A DNA stretch of 64,000 nucleotides, taken from positions 800,001-864,000 of the forward strand of contig CAWKBC010000027.1 in NCBI GenBank assembly GCA_963847705.1, in the 5' to 3' direction. The DNA is from an uncultured Pseudomonadota bacterium (lineage in GTDB: Bacteria; Myxococcota_A; Polyangia; Fen-1088). A program made the translations under genes and the position numbers. Below, piece by piece: positions 22,315 through 35,636 of this stretch (position 1 is its first letter; each line of letters opens with the position of its first letter). The notes beneath the pieces are model-generated. The model saw nothing but the letters and a program-made list of their open reading frames with translations, was not told the origin of the DNA and did no database searches.

Positions 22315-23667
22315 GGTCCGACGCTCCCCGGACAGCCGCCGTCGGGGGTGAGGGGAGCGGGGAGGGAGACGGCTGCATCGGCGGCGGCGTCCACCACCGC
22401 CGGCAGATATCCGTACGGCACGCCTGCTCCGGTCAAGGAACCGCCGAGCGCATCCGCCGCCGCGACCGTCTCCGTCCCCATCCCGGGCGGGGTGAAGCCC
22501 TCGACCCGGTTGGCGTTCACGAAGGTCGGGCAGACCAGCAGCCTGCCGTCGAAGGTGATCACCGTGGTCGCGGTCCGAAAGTTCTCGCCGACGATCGTGA
22601 TCGGCGTGAAGCCGCTCTGGGGGCCGGAGGTCGGGCTGACCTCGCGCACCGTCGGCGGCGACAGGTAGGTGAACGAACCGGTGAGCGTCGCGGAGGCGCC
22701 GCCGGTCGTGACGGTCACGGCCGTCGGTCCAGCCGCGTGCGGTGGGGTGAGCGCGGTGATCGAGGTCGGCGTGACGTCGTAGAGCGTCGCGACCTGGCCG
22801 TCGAACGCCACCTGCGTCACTCCGGCCACGAAGCTGGCTCCGGAGAGCGTCACCGCCGTCCCCCCCTGCGTCGAGCCGGAGCTGGGAGAGAATCCCGCCG
22901 GGAGGGGCGCCGGGACCAGCGGCATCGCGGCGTGGGCGGTCTGGATGAGGCCACCGGTGCCGGTCGCCTGGGCCTCGATCGTCAACATGTCTCCATCGGC
23001 CGTCGGGGCGGGCGCTGGAAAGCGGAACGTGCACGAGGCGCGGGGTCCTCCGGTCAGCGAACAGGTCTCCGTCGAGGGCGCCGCCGTGCCCGCGGTGATT
23101 GTCACCGCCAGGCCAGTCAGGGTGCCATAGCCGTCGTCGGCCGCGACGAGCACGTCGACGGATGCGTTCGCGCCGATCGCGCTGCCGTCGCGCGGGTTGG
23201 TGATGCTGACCGTCGGGGGCGTGGTGTCCGTCCCCAGCGAGGTAAAGGCCAGAGCGAGGCGCGTGCTGTGTCCGCGGGGATCGGCCGACGATCAAATCGT
23301 ACTGCCCTCCGGGGAGTCCGGGCGGAACGATGGCGCTCAGGATGTTGACGCTCACCCAGGTGACCTGCTCGAGGGCGAAGCTGCTCGACCCGGTCGTCGC
23401 CTGGGGCGCCGACGCGGCCTGGCCCACCAGCGTCGCGCTGAACCCGCTGACCTCGACGCCGGCGCTCCCGGCCGTGGTGTCGAACTGGTAGGCGGGACGA
23501 AACACCCCTCCATCCATGGTGGCAAAGATGTTGGCCGCCACCGGAGCGTTGTTGTACGCCATGGCGGGCGTCATCTGACCGAGAACGGCGGGCGGCTCCG
23601 CGCTGAGGCCGCACCCCGCGACGGTGCCCAGGAAAAACGCGGCCGTGGCGGTCCTAGCCGGGGGCAT
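22311..23667 (-). CDS. IPT/TIG-domain lipoprotein, ~451 aa after correcting a +1 indel near 23284
   Basis: FFLGTVAGC lipobox; SPSSGSTQGGTAVTLSGASF and SPTSGPQSGFTPITIVGENF IPT motifs; TAGAAT 7 nt before ATG 23667. Confidence 0.8.
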
Positions 23668-23715
23668 CGCGCGCATTCTAACACCGAGGAGAGCCCATCC
23701 CGTGCGGGCCGATCG

Positions 23716-23742
23716 GTCGAGAGTCAGTCGAGAGTCAGTCGA
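23716..23742 (+). repeat. 11-bp tandem duplication (GTCGAGAGTCA x2.5) spanning a stop codon
   Basis: Directly visible; includes the TGA of the upstream reductase gene. Confidence 0.8.
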
Positions 23743-24469
23743 AAAAGGCCTCGGTCCTGATCTGAGCCTTGCGGTTCACGCCCCGGGCGATGAGCTCACG
23801 CTTGACCTCGGTGATCATGGCGCCGTTGCCGACCAGGTAAAACGTGGGCGAAACCAGCTGGGGGAGGCTGTCCAGCAAGGCGGCCGTGATCCGCCCGCGC
23901 CCGCCGTGCCAGGAGGCGTCCGGGGCGGTGAGGAAGATCCGCAGGTCGGCGGAGGCGCGCCTCGCCAGCGCCTCAATCTCGGCGCGGGCGAAGAGATCGG
24001 CCTCTTCGCGGGCCCCCCACATGACGATGCAGCGGCGGGACTCTTTGCCGCTCTCGCGGCGGCGGCCGAGCTCGCCCAGCATCGGCATCACGGCCGAGAT
24101 GCCGGTCCCGGTCGCGCCAAAGAGGACGTCGCCCGGGTGCACCGGGTCGAGCACGAAGAAGCCGTGCGGACCGGTCATGTTCAGCACGGTCCCGATCGGA
24201 AGCGACATCAGGAACTCCGAGGCCTTGCCCTCGGGGATCACCCGGATGATGAACCGCAGGACCTCGCCGGCGTCGCTCTGGGAGGCGATCGAGTAGCTGC
24301 GGCGTGGGATGAGGTCGGCGCCGGGTGCGTCGGGGCCGATCGACATCGAGACGAACTGGCCGGCCTTGAACTCGAGGCGGGACGGCGAGCGGAGCGCGAA
24401 GGAGAGCTCAGCGATGTTGGCGGCGATCGTTTCGCGGGCGATGAGCTCCGCGGTGAAGGGGGCTGGCAT
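23735..24469 (-). CDS. FAD/NAD(P)-binding ferredoxin-reductase-like oxidoreductase
   Basis: FKAGQF, RRSYSIAS, GKAS, GPHGFF, ATGTGI; start 24469 is supported by TATGAT 7 nt upstream. Confidence 0.88.
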   Translation of the reverse strand: MPAPFTAELIARETIAANIAELSFALRSPSRLEFKAGQFVSMSIGPDAPGADLIPRRSYSIASQSDAGEVLRFIIRVIPEGKASEFLMSLPIGTVLNMTGPHGFFVLDPVHPGDVLFGATGTGISAVMPMLGELGRRRESGKESRRCIVMWGAREEADLFARAEIEALARRASADLRIFLTAPDASWHGGRGRITAALLDSLPQLVSPTFYLVGNGAMITEVKRELIARGVNRKAQIRTEAFFD

Positions 24470-24506
24470 CGGCGCGATCATAATCGAGGCGTGCTAGCTT
24501 CGCCGA

Positions 24507-25229
24507 ATGTCCCGAACGTCGATGTCCGCGCGCCAAAAGCTGACCTCTGTGGCCCTGGTCGCATTCCTGGCGGCCGCGAGCGGCGGCGCCTGCAGCAAGA
24601 CGGACGAGGCCGGCAAGCCGTCGACGGTCCCTCCGCTGGATCCAGCCACTGCGCCGAGCGCGCCGGCAACCGCCACGCCCCCGCCAGCGATGCCAGCGGC
24701 AGCGATGCCCGCGGCAGCGCCCCCGGCTGAGGCGCCTGCCGCCGACAGCCCCGGCGCGTCGATCACCGGCTCCATCGTCCTCGCCCCCTCGGTCGCCAAG
24801 GCGAGGCCGAAGGGGGGGACGCTGTACCTCGTGGCGCGCCGGATCTCCGACAATCCGACGGCACGCGGGACGCTCATCGCGGTGAGGAAGCTCCCGGCGA
24901 CCAGGTTCCCGCTGCCCTTCTCGCTCACCGCCGCCGACATGCCCTTCCAGAACGGTCCGTTCGACGGCGACCTGGTGCTGACCGCGCGCATCGATCAGGA
25001 CGGCGATCCGCTGACCCACGAAAAAGGGGACGTCTTTGGCTCGCTGCCCAAGGTCCCGGTCGGCTCGCACGACGTGAAGCTGGCGCTCGACCAGGTGCAA
25101 AAGGAGACCGAATCGCTGGCCGCCGGCGCCCCGATCATGGGCGGGATGGGCGCGCCCGGAGCGGCCGGCGCGATGCCGCCCGGGCATCCCCCGATGGGGG
25201 GCGGCGCGCTCCCTCCCGGCCACCCATAG
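24507..25229 (+). CDS. Lipoprotein with a CcmI/CycH C-terminal-like domain and PPGHP tail
   Basis: Signal peptide ending GGAC; GTLYLVAR...FPLPFSLTAAD...LTARIDQDGDP; MPPGHPPM and LPPGHP. Confidence 0.65.
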   Translation: MSRTSMSARQKLTSVALVAFLAAASGGACSKTDEAGKPSTVPPLDPATAPSAPATATPPPAMPAAAMPAAAPPAEAPAADSPGASITGSIVLAPSVAKARPKGGTLYLVARRISDNPTARGTLIAVRKLPATRFPLPFSLTAADMPFQNGPFDGDLVLTARIDQDGDPLTHEKGDVFGSLPKVPVGSHDVKLALDQVQKETESLAAGAPIMGGMGAPGAAGAMPPGHPPMGGGALPPGHP

Positions 25230-25251
25230 CCAGAGGCCATGTGATCGCGTC

Positions 25252-25377
25252 GGGCTCGCGCGAGCTTGGCTCGCGCGAGCCCATCGCGGGGGGCGCGGGA
25301 CCCTTTCAGGGTCCCGATGTATGAGTCGCGCGAGCTTGGCTCGCGCGAGCCCATCGCGGTGGGCGCGGGACCCTTTC
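25252..25377. repeat. Two tandem copies (70-bp period) of a REP-like palindromic element
   Basis: 25256-25307 and 25326-25377 differ at 1 nt; 14-bp stem GGGCTCGCGCGAGC-TTG-GCTCGCGCGAGCCC and hairpin CGGGACCCT-TTC-AGGGTCCCG. Confidence 0.88.
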
Positions 25378-25411
25378 TTGGGGGCCTGCATGTGGTAGTT
25401 TCCGCGGCAAC

Positions 25412-25651
25412 ATGGACTACAAAAAGCTGCGCGACATGGTCAGCCACCGGACGACGTTCGAGTACGACTCGGGGGCGAAGATCATCGGAACGATCGCCGC
25501 CTGCATGCCGGCGAACGGGCCGGTGCAGATGCTGGTGCTGTCGAAGGTGCAGGTGCTCGACGCGAACCAGAGCGTCATCGCCAAGTACGAAGAGCTGCCG
25601 CTCGTCCCCAACAACCTGATCGGCTTCCAGATCACCGAGGGGCCATTGTGA
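25412..25651 (+). CDS. Small protein with an Sm/LSm-like sequence pattern
   Basis: 79 aa, strong GC3 bias, GTGA overlap with the next gene; pattern TFEYDSGAKIIGTI...MLVLSKVQ...LVPNNLIGFQI. Confidence 0.7.
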   Translation: MDYKKLRDMVSHRTTFEYDSGAKIIGTIAACMPANGPVQMLVLSKVQVLDANQSVIAKYEELPLVPNNLIGFQITEGPL

Positions 25652-27159
25652 AGCGAGCGGCGACCACGGTCGCCGTTTGGGTCGCGTTGCTCGCGGGGGC
25701 CTGCGCCGGGCCGGCTTATACGATCGTCGATGACCCGTTCGACATCGCGGAGACCACGAGCGCCCCGGAGATCAGCGCGATCGTCGACGCGGGCGGGGGG
25801 GACGTGACGCTGTCGGGGCCGCTGGCGATGGAGGCGTCGGACGGTGTGGCGGTCATCGGGGAGACGCTCTGGGTGCGTGGCAGCTCGTTCGGCAAGCAAC
25901 CGACGGTCCTGGTGGGGGGCCGGCCCGCGGCGGTCCTGGGACGCACGCGGGAGGGGGGCCTGGTGGTGCGCGTCCCGGCCGGGACGCCGACCGGCTCGCA
26001 GGCGGTGGTGGTGAGCAACGAGCTCGGCAAGAGCGAGCGCCCCATCTCCGTCCGCCGCTACGCCGCGGTGCTGGCGCCGGGCAGCGGTCAGATCGGCTGG
26101 GCCGTGGTCGGCGCCGACGGACCGATCGCAGCGGGCGCCACGCCTGTTCCGGAGGCGCGCTGGCTGGCGCTCTCGAGCGACGGCCGCGCGGCCTACGTCG
26201 CGGAGACGCGCGGCGGGACGATCGACGTGATCGATCTGCCGGCGCCCGGCGCGCCGAAGCTGATCTACAAGCTGGAGCTGGGGAGCGCCGGCGGTCCGGT
26301 GCTGGCCCTGGCCGCGGCCGCGCACGCGCCGGTGCTCGCCGTGGTGCGCGCCAACGACGTCGTGCTCGTGGATACGAGCTCGCCGCTGCACCCGGCGCGC
26401 AGCGCGCCGCGCGCGTTCCCGCTGTCGGTGCGCGACGCCAAGATTGCGGCCGCCGACATCTCGCCCGACGGCAAGCTGCTGGCGCTCGCCACCCAGGCGG
26501 GAAACCAGGTCGTGATCCTCGATCTCGGTCCGTCCGGCCAGGCGCCGATCGCCAGCGTGCTGGCCATCGCGCCGGAGATCCGCGAGAGCATCCTCTGTGA
26601 CGTGGCGTTCGCGCCGGCCGGCGACACGCTCTGGGTCCTTTCCGGTGACACCCCCAGGAGCGCGGTGGTCGGTCCGGAGCCGACGCAGCTGCGGGCGGTT
26701 CGCCTGACGAGCGATTCGCAGACGCTGGTCCGCCTGACGGCGGCCCGGCTGGTCGAGATCACCGACGCCGCGGCGCCCGCGCGGGTCAGTGTCGGCCGCG
26801 CGTTGCCGCTGGCGAGCGGCGCGGCGATCCGCTTGCCGCCGGAGCGCAACACCGTGTTCTTCGCCGCCGCCGCGCAGGCGGGCGGTGGGACCGGGATCTT
26901 TCGCCTCGACGCCGAGGATGCCGCGACGGTGATCGTGGCCAGCCCGGCACGCGTCGGACGTCCGGATATCTCGCCCGAGGGGCGCTGGCTGCTGGCGCCG
27001 GCGGCGTCGCCCGACGGTGCGGTGCGCGTCCTGGCGGCGGCCATCGACGGACGCCCGGCGCCCGCCGGTGCCGCGCTTCCCGTCGACGCGATCGCTGCGT
27101 TGCCAGGCGAGGGACCGCCTGCCGCGCGCCCGACGCCCGAGCTGAGGATTCAGCCCTGA
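25648..27159 (+). CDS. Lipoprotein with IPT-like domain and beta-propeller repeats
   Basis: LLAGAC lipobox; LALSSDGRAAYVA, ISPDGKLLAL, VAFAPAGDTLWV and ISPEGRWLL blades. Confidence 0.78.
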   Translation: MKRAATTVAVWVALLAGACAGPAYTIVDDPFDIAETTSAPEISAIVDAGGGDVTLSGPLAMEASDGVAVIGETLWVRGSSFGKQPTVLVGGRPAAVLGRTREGGLVVRVPAGTPTGSQAVVVSNELGKSERPISVRRYAAVLAPGSGQIGWAVVGADGPIAAGATPVPEARWLALSSDGRAAYVAETRGGTIDVIDLPAPGAPKLIYKLELGSAGGPVLALAAAAHAPVLAVVRANDVVLVDTSSPLHPARSAPRAFPLSVRDAKIAAADISPDGKLLALATQAGNQVVILDLGPSGQAPIASVLAIAPEIRESILCDVAFAPAGDTLWVLSGDTPRSAVVGPEPTQLRAVRLTSDSQTLVRLTAARLVEITDAAAPARVSVGRALPLASGAAIRLPPERNTVFFAAAAQAGGGTGIFRLDAEDAATVIVASPARVGRPDISPEGRWLLAPAASPDGAVRVLAAAIDGRPAPAGAALPVDAIAALPGEGPPAARPTPELRIQP

Positions 27160-27164
27160 AGAGG

Positions 27165-27452
27165 GTGCGTGCCGTGGTGCGGGGCCGCGTGCAGGGGGTC
27201 GGTTTCCGCGCCTCTGCGGCGCACGAGGCGCGCCGTCTCGGCGTCGCCGGCTGGGTCCGGAACCTGCACGACGGAACCGTCGAGCTGGAGGCGCGCGGCG
27301 CGCCGGCCGCGGTCGACGCGCTCTGCGCCTGGCTGGCCCAGGGACCACGCGGCGCGCGGGTGACGGGCGTGGACGCTTACGAGGTGCCCGCCACGAATGA
27401 GATCCAAGATCGGCTGGGCGGGAATGACGGGGACGGATTCGAGATACGCTGA
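27165..27452 (+). CDS. acyP: Acylphosphatase
   Basis: GRVQGVGFR, GWVRNLHDGTVE, GPRGARV. Confidence 0.93.
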   Translation: MRAVVRGRVQGVGFRASAAHEARRLGVAGWVRNLHDGTVELEARGAPAAVDALCAWLAQGPRGARVTGVDAYEVPATNEIQDRLGGNDGDGFEIR

Positions 27453-27490
27453 CGCTGCACACGGATCACACGCTGACTTGCACGCTGACT
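27446..27490 (+). repeat. ACGCTGAC direct repeats upstream of acs
   Basis: Copies at 27446, 27470 and 27482 (multiples of 12 bp), followed by a GGAGG Shine-Dalgarno. Confidence 0.6.
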
Positions 27491-27506
27491 CGCGCGGAGG
27501 GCGCTC

Positions 27507-29492
<1,986 letters not shown>

Positions 29493-29538
29493 CCGCCCCC
29501 GTCGACCGGGTCGGCGAGCGGAAGGGGCCGCGCGTGAC

Positions 29539-31578
<2,040 letters not shown>

Positions 31579-31617
31579 TGGGGCGCCATCGTACCGCGAA
31601 TGGGTTATATACGCCGC

Positions 31618-31791
31618 ATGGCGCTCAACCCAGAGCTCATCGATATCCTCGCTTGCCCCAAATGTAAGGGCGCCCTCAAGCTGCGGGGCGACGAATCGGC
31701 CTTCGAGTGCGGGGTCTGCAAGCTGTCGTACGCCGTCGTCGACGACATTCCGAACTTCATCCTCGAAGAGGCAAAGCCGCTCAGTCCCTGA
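31618..31791 (+). CDS. Trm112/UPF0434 (YcaR)-family protein
   Basis: LIDILACPKCKG...C..C...YAVVDDIP, 57 aa. Confidence 0.9.
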   Translation: MALNPELIDILACPKCKGALKLRGDESAFECGVCKLSYAVVDDIPNFILEEAKPLSP

Positions 31792-31870
31792 GAGCGAAGC
31801 CGCTCAGTCCCTGAGAGCGAAGCCGCTCAGTCCCTGAGAGCGAAGCCGCTCAGCACCTGACGCGAAGCCG
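31771..31870 (+). repeat. 23-bp tandem repeat GCGAAGCCGCTCAGTCCCTGAGA, about 4.4 copies
   Basis: Units start at 31771, 31794, 31817, 31840 and 31862 (partial); internal hairpin CTCAG-TCC-CTGAG; no spacers. Confidence 0.95.
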
Positions 31871-31995
31871 AAGTACCAGAGACGTGAAGTACCGCATCTG
31901 ACGGTCCGCCAAATCATGGGCAGACCGACGATCGCCACCGGTTGAGCTGCTTCTGGTTTTTTTGCGCTCTTCAGGGGGAGCCTTACACTGCCAGT

Positions 31996-32376
31996 ATGAG
32001 CACTGATCGACGCCGAGCCCCCCAGGAGCGCCGCCAGACCGACCGCGTCCCCGCGGTGTTCGCCGTGAAAAAGGCGATCACCGGCCCGGAAGGGCGCGTC
32101 GATGGCCAGATCCAGCTCTGCCAGGCCGAGGACATCGCGCCCGCCGGCATGACCATCAAGCGCCCCCGTGGCAGCGCCGTCCTGCCCCGGACCGAGGTGG
32201 CCTTGTCGTTCGCGCTTCCCGGATCCGACGACGAGATCTCCGCCCGCGGCCTGGTGGTCAGCGACGCCAGCACCGGCAGCTTTCGGCGCACCGGCGTGCG
32301 GTTCCTGGCGCTGGCGCCCCAGCACGCGCAGGCCATCGCCGGGTACTGCCGCCGGGGCAGCCGGCCGCCTCGCTAG
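31996..32376 (+). CDS. PilZ-domain protein
   Basis: ERRQTDR (RxxxR), EDIAPAGM (DxSxxG variant), TGVRFL; TACACT 6 nt before the ATG. Confidence 0.8.
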   Translation: MSTDRRRAPQERRQTDRVPAVFAVKKAITGPEGRVDGQIQLCQAEDIAPAGMTIKRPRGSAVLPRTEVALSFALPGSDDEISARGLVVSDASTGSFRRTGVRFLALAPQHAQAIAGYCRRGSRPPR

Positions 32377-32395
32377 CAACGCGCTCAGCAACGCG

Positions 32396-33937
32396 CTAGC
32401 TGCCGAGCAGCGTCCGCCGACGGAGGGAGACGCGACGCACGGGCGCGTGACCCACCAACCGGGCGGCGCCCCAGCCCGAAATCAGCTCCCCCTCGAGGCC
32501 CAGCCCGGGGAGGTTCTCCCGCCCGACCAGCAGCAGGTTCTTGACGCCCGTGGCGTGCGGGAGCCCGCTGACGTCGAACAGTCCCGCCGCGGCGCGGGAG
32601 TAGAGCGGCGGCGGAACGACTGCCGCGGCGGCGGAGGTCTTGCTGGTCGTCTGAGCTGTCTTGCTGTCTGCGCCGGTGCCGTCGCCGCCCCGCTGGGCGC
32701 CGAGGCCGTCATAGGGGGAGGCGACGACCAGGATGTTCTTGGTCAGCTCGGGCCAGAGCCGTTCCAGCGTCTGGAGCAGCCGTCCGCGGAGCGCCCGCAG
32801 GTAGCTGGGCCCGGCGTCGACCAGGTGAGCCGGGACGGCGCATTCGATCCAGAGCGGGATCCGCTCCGGCTCGCGCGGCCCGGGCCGACCGACGGTGACG
32901 GCGATGGCGTTGTCCTCGACGAGCGGCCGCGCCGGATCGGCGATCGCCAGCAGGCGCACCGGCGTGCCGGCCGGGACCCCTGCAGGGGCGACGATGAGAG
33001 AGAGGGCGTAGCGATAGCCACCCACCCGCAGGGCCGCCGGTCGTGCGCGGGCCGGCACCGGTGGCGCGGAGGGTCCCAGCGTCGCCCGCAGCGACGCCGA
33101 AGGCCCTGCCCAGAGGAGCCAGTGGCAGCCGATCTTCTCGTCGCGCGGGCTCACCTGCAAGCCGACGGCGCGGCCGCGGCGCATCACCACCCCCAGCGGC
33201 TCCAGCCGCCGGCGCCGCTCGCCGCCGAAGGTCTCGATCCGCTGCAGCAGCAGCTCCTGCAGCGCGGCGAGGCCGCCGTCGAGCACGTGCAGCCCGCGGC
33301 GCGCCAGCGCGAACGCGCGCGCCTCGGTGACCACGCCGACGTCGCTCGGTGCGAGGGCGGTGGTGAGCGCGGCCGGCGCGGCCGCCATCGCCCGGAACGG
33401 ATGGTCGGCCGCCAGCGGTCCCAGGGGATCGTGCCCGGCGCGCGGCAACAGCGACTCCAGCCGACCCAGCTCCCGGCGCTCCCAGAAGCCGGCCGGTGGA
33501 AGCGTCATCGCCGTCGCCAGGATCGGCTCCGCGATCCGACCGAGCGCGTCCAGCCGCTCGATCGCGGCGGTCACCGTCGGCGCCGTCGCGCCGAACGCCC
33601 GCCCGAGCTCCCTCTCGCCGGCGGCCGGATCGGCCCCCAGGTCGAGCCTCTGTTTTCCCACCGACAGCCGCACGAAGGGTGTGGCCAGCGCCCGCCGCTT
33701 GACCACCGCCACGCAGTCCAGCTCCTTGAAGACGCGCGCCGCCTGCGGATCGTCGAGCGGCGGGAGCAGCGCCGGCGCACGCGAGAGCGAGGTGCCGCCC
33801 GCATCGAACGCCGCCTGCTCCGGCTCATCGGCCACCACCAGCACCCGGAATCCGCGCCGCGCCAGCAGCGCCGCCGCGACCAGGCCCGACGTTTCGCCCC
33901 CACAGACGACCACGTCGTAGAAGTTCGTGTCGACCAT
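32396..33937 (-). CDS. FAD-dependent oxidoreductase-like (phytoene dehydrogenase-related) protein
   Basis: YDVVVCGGETSGLVAAALLARRGFRVLV Rossmann start; C-terminal NLLLVGRENLPGLGLEG. Confidence 0.75.
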   Translation of the reverse strand: MVDTNFYDVVVCGGETSGLVAAALLARRGFRVLVVADEPEQAAFDAGGTSLSRAPALLPPLDDPQAARVFKELDCVAVVKRRALATPFVRLSVGKQRLDLGADPAAGERELGRAFGATAPTVTAAIERLDALGRIAEPILATAMTLPPAGFWERRELGRLESLLPRAGHDPLGPLAADHPFRAMAAAPAALTTALAPSDVGVVTEARAFALARRGLHVLDGGLAALQELLLQRIETFGGERRRRLEPLGVVMRRGRAVGLQVSPRDEKIGCHWLLWAGPSASLRATLGPSAPPVPARARPAALRVGGYRYALSLIVAPAGVPAGTPVRLLAIADPARPLVEDNAIAVTVGRPGPREPERIPLWIECAVPAHLVDAGPSYLRALRGRLLQTLERLWPELTKNILVVASPYDGLGAQRGGDGTGADSKTAQTTSKTSAAAAVVPPPLYSRAAAGLFDVSGLPHATGVKNLLLVGRENLPGLGLEGELISGWGAARLVGHAPVRRVSLRRRTLLGS

Positions 33938-33948
33938 GCGGGGTGGTT

Positions 33949-34587
33949 TTACAGGCTGCGCAACGGCGCATTCCCGGGCGCCGCGCCGAGGACCCGCACG
34001 CGCCGCCCCTCGACCACCACCCGCCGCTCGGCGATGGCCCGCACCACCGCGGGGAGCAGGCGGTGCTCTTCGGCCAGGATGCGGGCCCGCAGCGCCTCGT
34101 CGTCGTCATCGTCCTGAAGCTGGACGGCGGCCTGAGCGATGATGGGGCCGGTGTCGACGCCCCGGTCGACGAAGTGAACGGTGCAGCCGGCGATCTTGAC
34201 CGCGGCGTCGTAGGCCTGCCTCACCCCGTGCACGCCGGGGAACGCCGGCAGGAGAGCGGGGTGGATGTTGATGACGCGGCCCGGGAAGGCGTCGAGCAGC
34301 TCGCCCGAGAGCACCCGCATGAACCCGGCCAGCACGACCAGATCGACCTGGTGCGCCCGCAGCGCCTCGACCAGCGCGCGATCGAAAGCGGCTCTGTCGC
34401 TGTGGTCCCGGTGATCGACGAGGAAGGTCGGCAGCCCGGCCAGACGGGCCCGCGACAGCGCCTGACAGTCCGGGACGTTGCAGCCGACCACGGTCAGCCG
34501 CGCCGGGCCGAGCTCGTTGCGCGTGCTCCGGTCGATGAGCGCCTGCAGATTGGTCCCGCTGCCGGAGACCAGCACGCCGACGTTCAT
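33949..34587 (-). CDS. purN: Phosphoribosylglycinamide formyltransferase
   Basis: [45 protein letters not shown]. Confidence 0.97.
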   Translation of the reverse strand: MNVGVLVSGSGTNLQALIDRSTRNELGPARLTVVGCNVPDCQALSRARLAGLPTFLVDHRDHSDRAAFDRALVEALRAHQVDLVVLAGFMRVLSGELLDAFPGRVINIHPALLPAFPGVHGVRQAYDAAVKIAGCTVHFVDRGVDTGPIIAQAAVQLQDDDDDEALRARILAEEHRLLPAVVRAIAERRVVVEGRRVRVLGAAPGNAPLRSL

Positions 34588-35636
34588 TGCGTGAGGAACT
34601 CCACCGGCGCGTCCGGTGCGTCGGCCGCCGCCACCTGGCCGACGGAGAAGACCTGCTCGCCCGAGCGTTCGAGCAGCGTGATGGCATCGGCCTCGCGCTC
34701 GGCGGGGACGCAGACCAGCATGCCGAGGCCCATGTTGAAGGTGCGGCGCATCTCCTCGGGCGCCACGCCACCCCCCTGCGCGAGCAGCTGAAAGAGCGGC
34801 GGGATGGGCCAGCTGCCGAGGCGGAGTTGCAGCTTGAGCCGCGCGCCGTCGGGGATCATGCGCGTGGGGTTGTCGACCAGGCCACCGCCGGTGATGTGGG
34901 CGGCGCCGCGCAGGAGGTCGGCGTCGGCCAGCGCGCGCATCGACCGGACGTAGATGCGGGTGGGGCGCAAGAGCGCCTGCCCGAGCGGCTCGTTGAGGCC
35001 CGGTGTCTGGGCGCCCAGGTCGAGACGCATTTCTTCGAGGAACACCCTGCGAACCAGCGAGTAGCCGTTGGAGTGAAAGCCCGAAGAGGCGAGGCCGAGC
35101 AGCTTGTCGCCCGGGCGGATGGCCGTCCCGTCGACGCGGCGGCTCTTCTCCACCACGCCGACGCAGAAGCCGGCCAGGTCGTATTCGCCTGCCGCGTAGA
35201 AGCCCGGCATCTCGGCCGTCTCACCGCCCAGGAGCGCGCAGCCGGCGGCCTGACAGCCGTCGGCGATGCCGCCGATCACCTGCTCGGCGACGCCGACCTC
35301 CAGCTTCCCGGAGGCGAAGTAGTCGAGGAAGAACAGCGGCTCGCCCCCGCAGACGACCAGGTCGTTGACGTTCATGGCCACCAGATCGATGCCCACCGTG
35401 TCGTGACGCCCGGTGAGAAAGGCCAGCTTCAGCTTGGTCCCCACGCCGTCCGTACAGGAGACCAGCAGCGGTTCCTTGTACCGGCCGGGGATGGCGCAGA
35501 GACCGGCGAATCCGCCCAGCCCTCCCATCACCTCGGGACGGTGGGTGCGACGGACGTGCCCCTTGATGCGCTCGACCAGCAGGTCGCCGGCGTCGATGTC
35601 GACGCCCGCGTCCCGATAGCTGAGGCGGGTGGTCAC
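34584..35636 (-). CDS. purM: Phosphoribosylformylglycinamidine cyclo-ligase
   Basis: [46 protein letters not shown]. Confidence 0.97.
   Translation of the reverse strand: MTTRLSYRDAGVDIDAGDLLVERIKGHVRRTHRPEVMGGLGGFAGLCAIPGRYKEPLLVSCTDGVGTKLKLAFLTGRHDTVGIDLVAMNVNDLVVCGGEPLFFLDYFASGKLEVGVAEQVIGGIADGCQAAGCALLGGETAEMPGFYAAGEYDLAGFCVGVVEKSRRVDGTAIRPGDKLLGLASSGFHSNGYSLVRRVFLEEMRLDLGAQTPGLNEPLGQALLRPTRIYVRSMRALADADLLRGAAHITGGGLVDNPTRMIPDGARLKLQLRLGSWPIPPLFQLLAQGGGVAPEEMRRTFNMGLGMLVCVPAEREADAITLLERSGEQVFSVGQVAAADAPDAPVEFLTQ

Noticed and set aside
25256-25377. Mini-CRISPR or tRNA
   Set aside because: Only two 52-bp copies with an 18-bp gap; no cloverleaf, T-loop or CCA; better explained as a REP-like repeat.
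31771-31870. CRISPR array
   Set aside because: The 23-bp units are contiguous with no unique spacers, derive from the Trm112 coding end, and no cas genes are present.
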